Shown here: piece after piece, positions 63,357 through 64,000 of the stretch
How positions within the stretch are numbered: the first letter of the stretch is position 1
Layout: each line of letters begins with the position of its first letter
IMG/VR virus record: IMGVR_UViG_3300013115_000353
Location: 1 to 64,000 of that record
Direction: 5' to 3' (one strand)
Length of the DNA stretch: 64,000 nt
Source of the DNA: a virus
Translations under genes and position numbers: made by a program
The notes under the pieces: model-generated
Databases searched by the model: none
Seen by the model: only the letters and a program-made list of their open reading frames with translations
What the model was told of the DNA's origin: nothing

Positions 63357-64000
63357 AAATGCCTCAAAAATCTATCGTAGGCCATACTAGCCGAATGTAG
63401 ATCTCTGAGTAGATCTTCTTCTTTAAGTTCTGGCATCTCGATAGAATTCTGCCTTTTCCACGACGGATCTTTCTCTTTGCGCTTTGTCCTTGTGATAGAC
63501 GTTGTTCTAAATTTATAATATTTTGGTTTGCCATTTGGTCCGTACCCATTAAATACTCCTTTCATACCTCGGGTTTCCATTTCGGAAATTAGTTTAAATC
63601 GCGCCATTGTTTCGGAAAAATCAAAATCGAGCAAATCTTCTTCCTTGATTCTCGAAACGACGCATGCATCCTTTACCGGGGTGTCTCCATCAATTCTGTC
63701 CGAAGGATAGAACCACACCTCGTTAACGAAGGGGTCTTCTAATTTGATGTAATCAATGTCATGCTTCCCTCCTCGATTGAATGCTATCCAATCATAACAT
63801 ATATAATCTTGTTTCGCAAGTGTTTTTTCTTTCATTCCTGAACAATTTTGATCTCCGAAAAAATAGCAAGTTTCAAAATTTATTTGGGCAATTTTTGAGT
63901 ACTCGTTTGAACATATAACTTTATTCTCGTGCAGTCTCATGCTTTTACATAAATTAGAAAAAGGAACTTTTCCATCGAGTGACAAGAAGAAAAGAAGACG
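63353..64000 (-). CDS. Hypothetical protein (5' end off window)
   Basis: Frame stays open to the window edge. Confidence 0.6.
   Translation of the reverse strand, partial: RLLFFLSLDGKVPFSNLCKSMRLHENKVICSNEYSKIAQINFETCYFFGDQNCSGMKEKTLAKQDYICYDWIAFNRGGKHDIDYIKLEDPFVNEVWFYPSDRIDGDTPVKDACVVSRIKEEDLLDFDFSETMARFKLISEMETRGMKGVFNGYGPNGKPKYYKFRTTSITRTKRKEKDPSWKRQNSIEMPELKEEDLLRDLHSASMAYDRFLRHF

Noticed and set aside
967-63710. Plus-strand ORFs in the track (e.g. 967..1299, 22393..23079, 23628..24290, 52056..52634)
   Set aside because: They are antisense shadows of well-supported minus-strand genes, with no recognisable motifs.
1-64000. Stop-codon reassignment
   Set aside because: Known genes (groEL, dnaE, guaB, dut) are full length in the standard code; TAA, TAG and TGA all end genes; no suppressor tRNA seen.
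1-64000. Bacterial chromosome or prophage origin because of groEL/clpP/guaB/dnaE
   Set aside because: These genes are interleaved with virion genes on one strand with no host operon context; no integrase or att site seen.

Overview
64-kb segment of a large lytic dsDNA tailed phage (T4-like gp23 capsid and gp22-like scaffold, but a DnaE-type polymerase). Essentially all credible genes are on the minus strand and use the standard code. Layout: head/tail/virion genes (1-14 kb, 36-46 kb, 49-53 kb); an early/accessory region (about 14-36 kb) with strong sigma70-type promoters, tiny ORFs, a MoxR-ATPase/vWA-peptidase pair and tRNAs; and chaperone, nucleotide-metabolism, DNA-modification and replication genes (46-64 kb). 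The most striking feature is about 40 paralogous 55-120 aa SH3/KOW-like micro-genes. Many are chained by a ~30-nt junction repeat (GAGGTTATAAATGAAAGTCGGTGATCTGGT) that is at once the upstream C-terminus and stop, the RBS, and the downstream start. The chains are punctuated by 11 copies of a triple-TTGAC promoter module that often supplies the upstream stop codon, suggesting a cassette-like shuffling system. Also notable: a D-armless tRNA-Ile(UAU)-like RNA, two candidate structured ncRNAs, a shared N-terminal WxxYLxE leader on unrelated enzymes, a cytochrome c beside a myxobacterial-type vWA lipoprotein, and a free-standing sigma region-4 protein. All calls are by-eye motif recognition; no searches were run.
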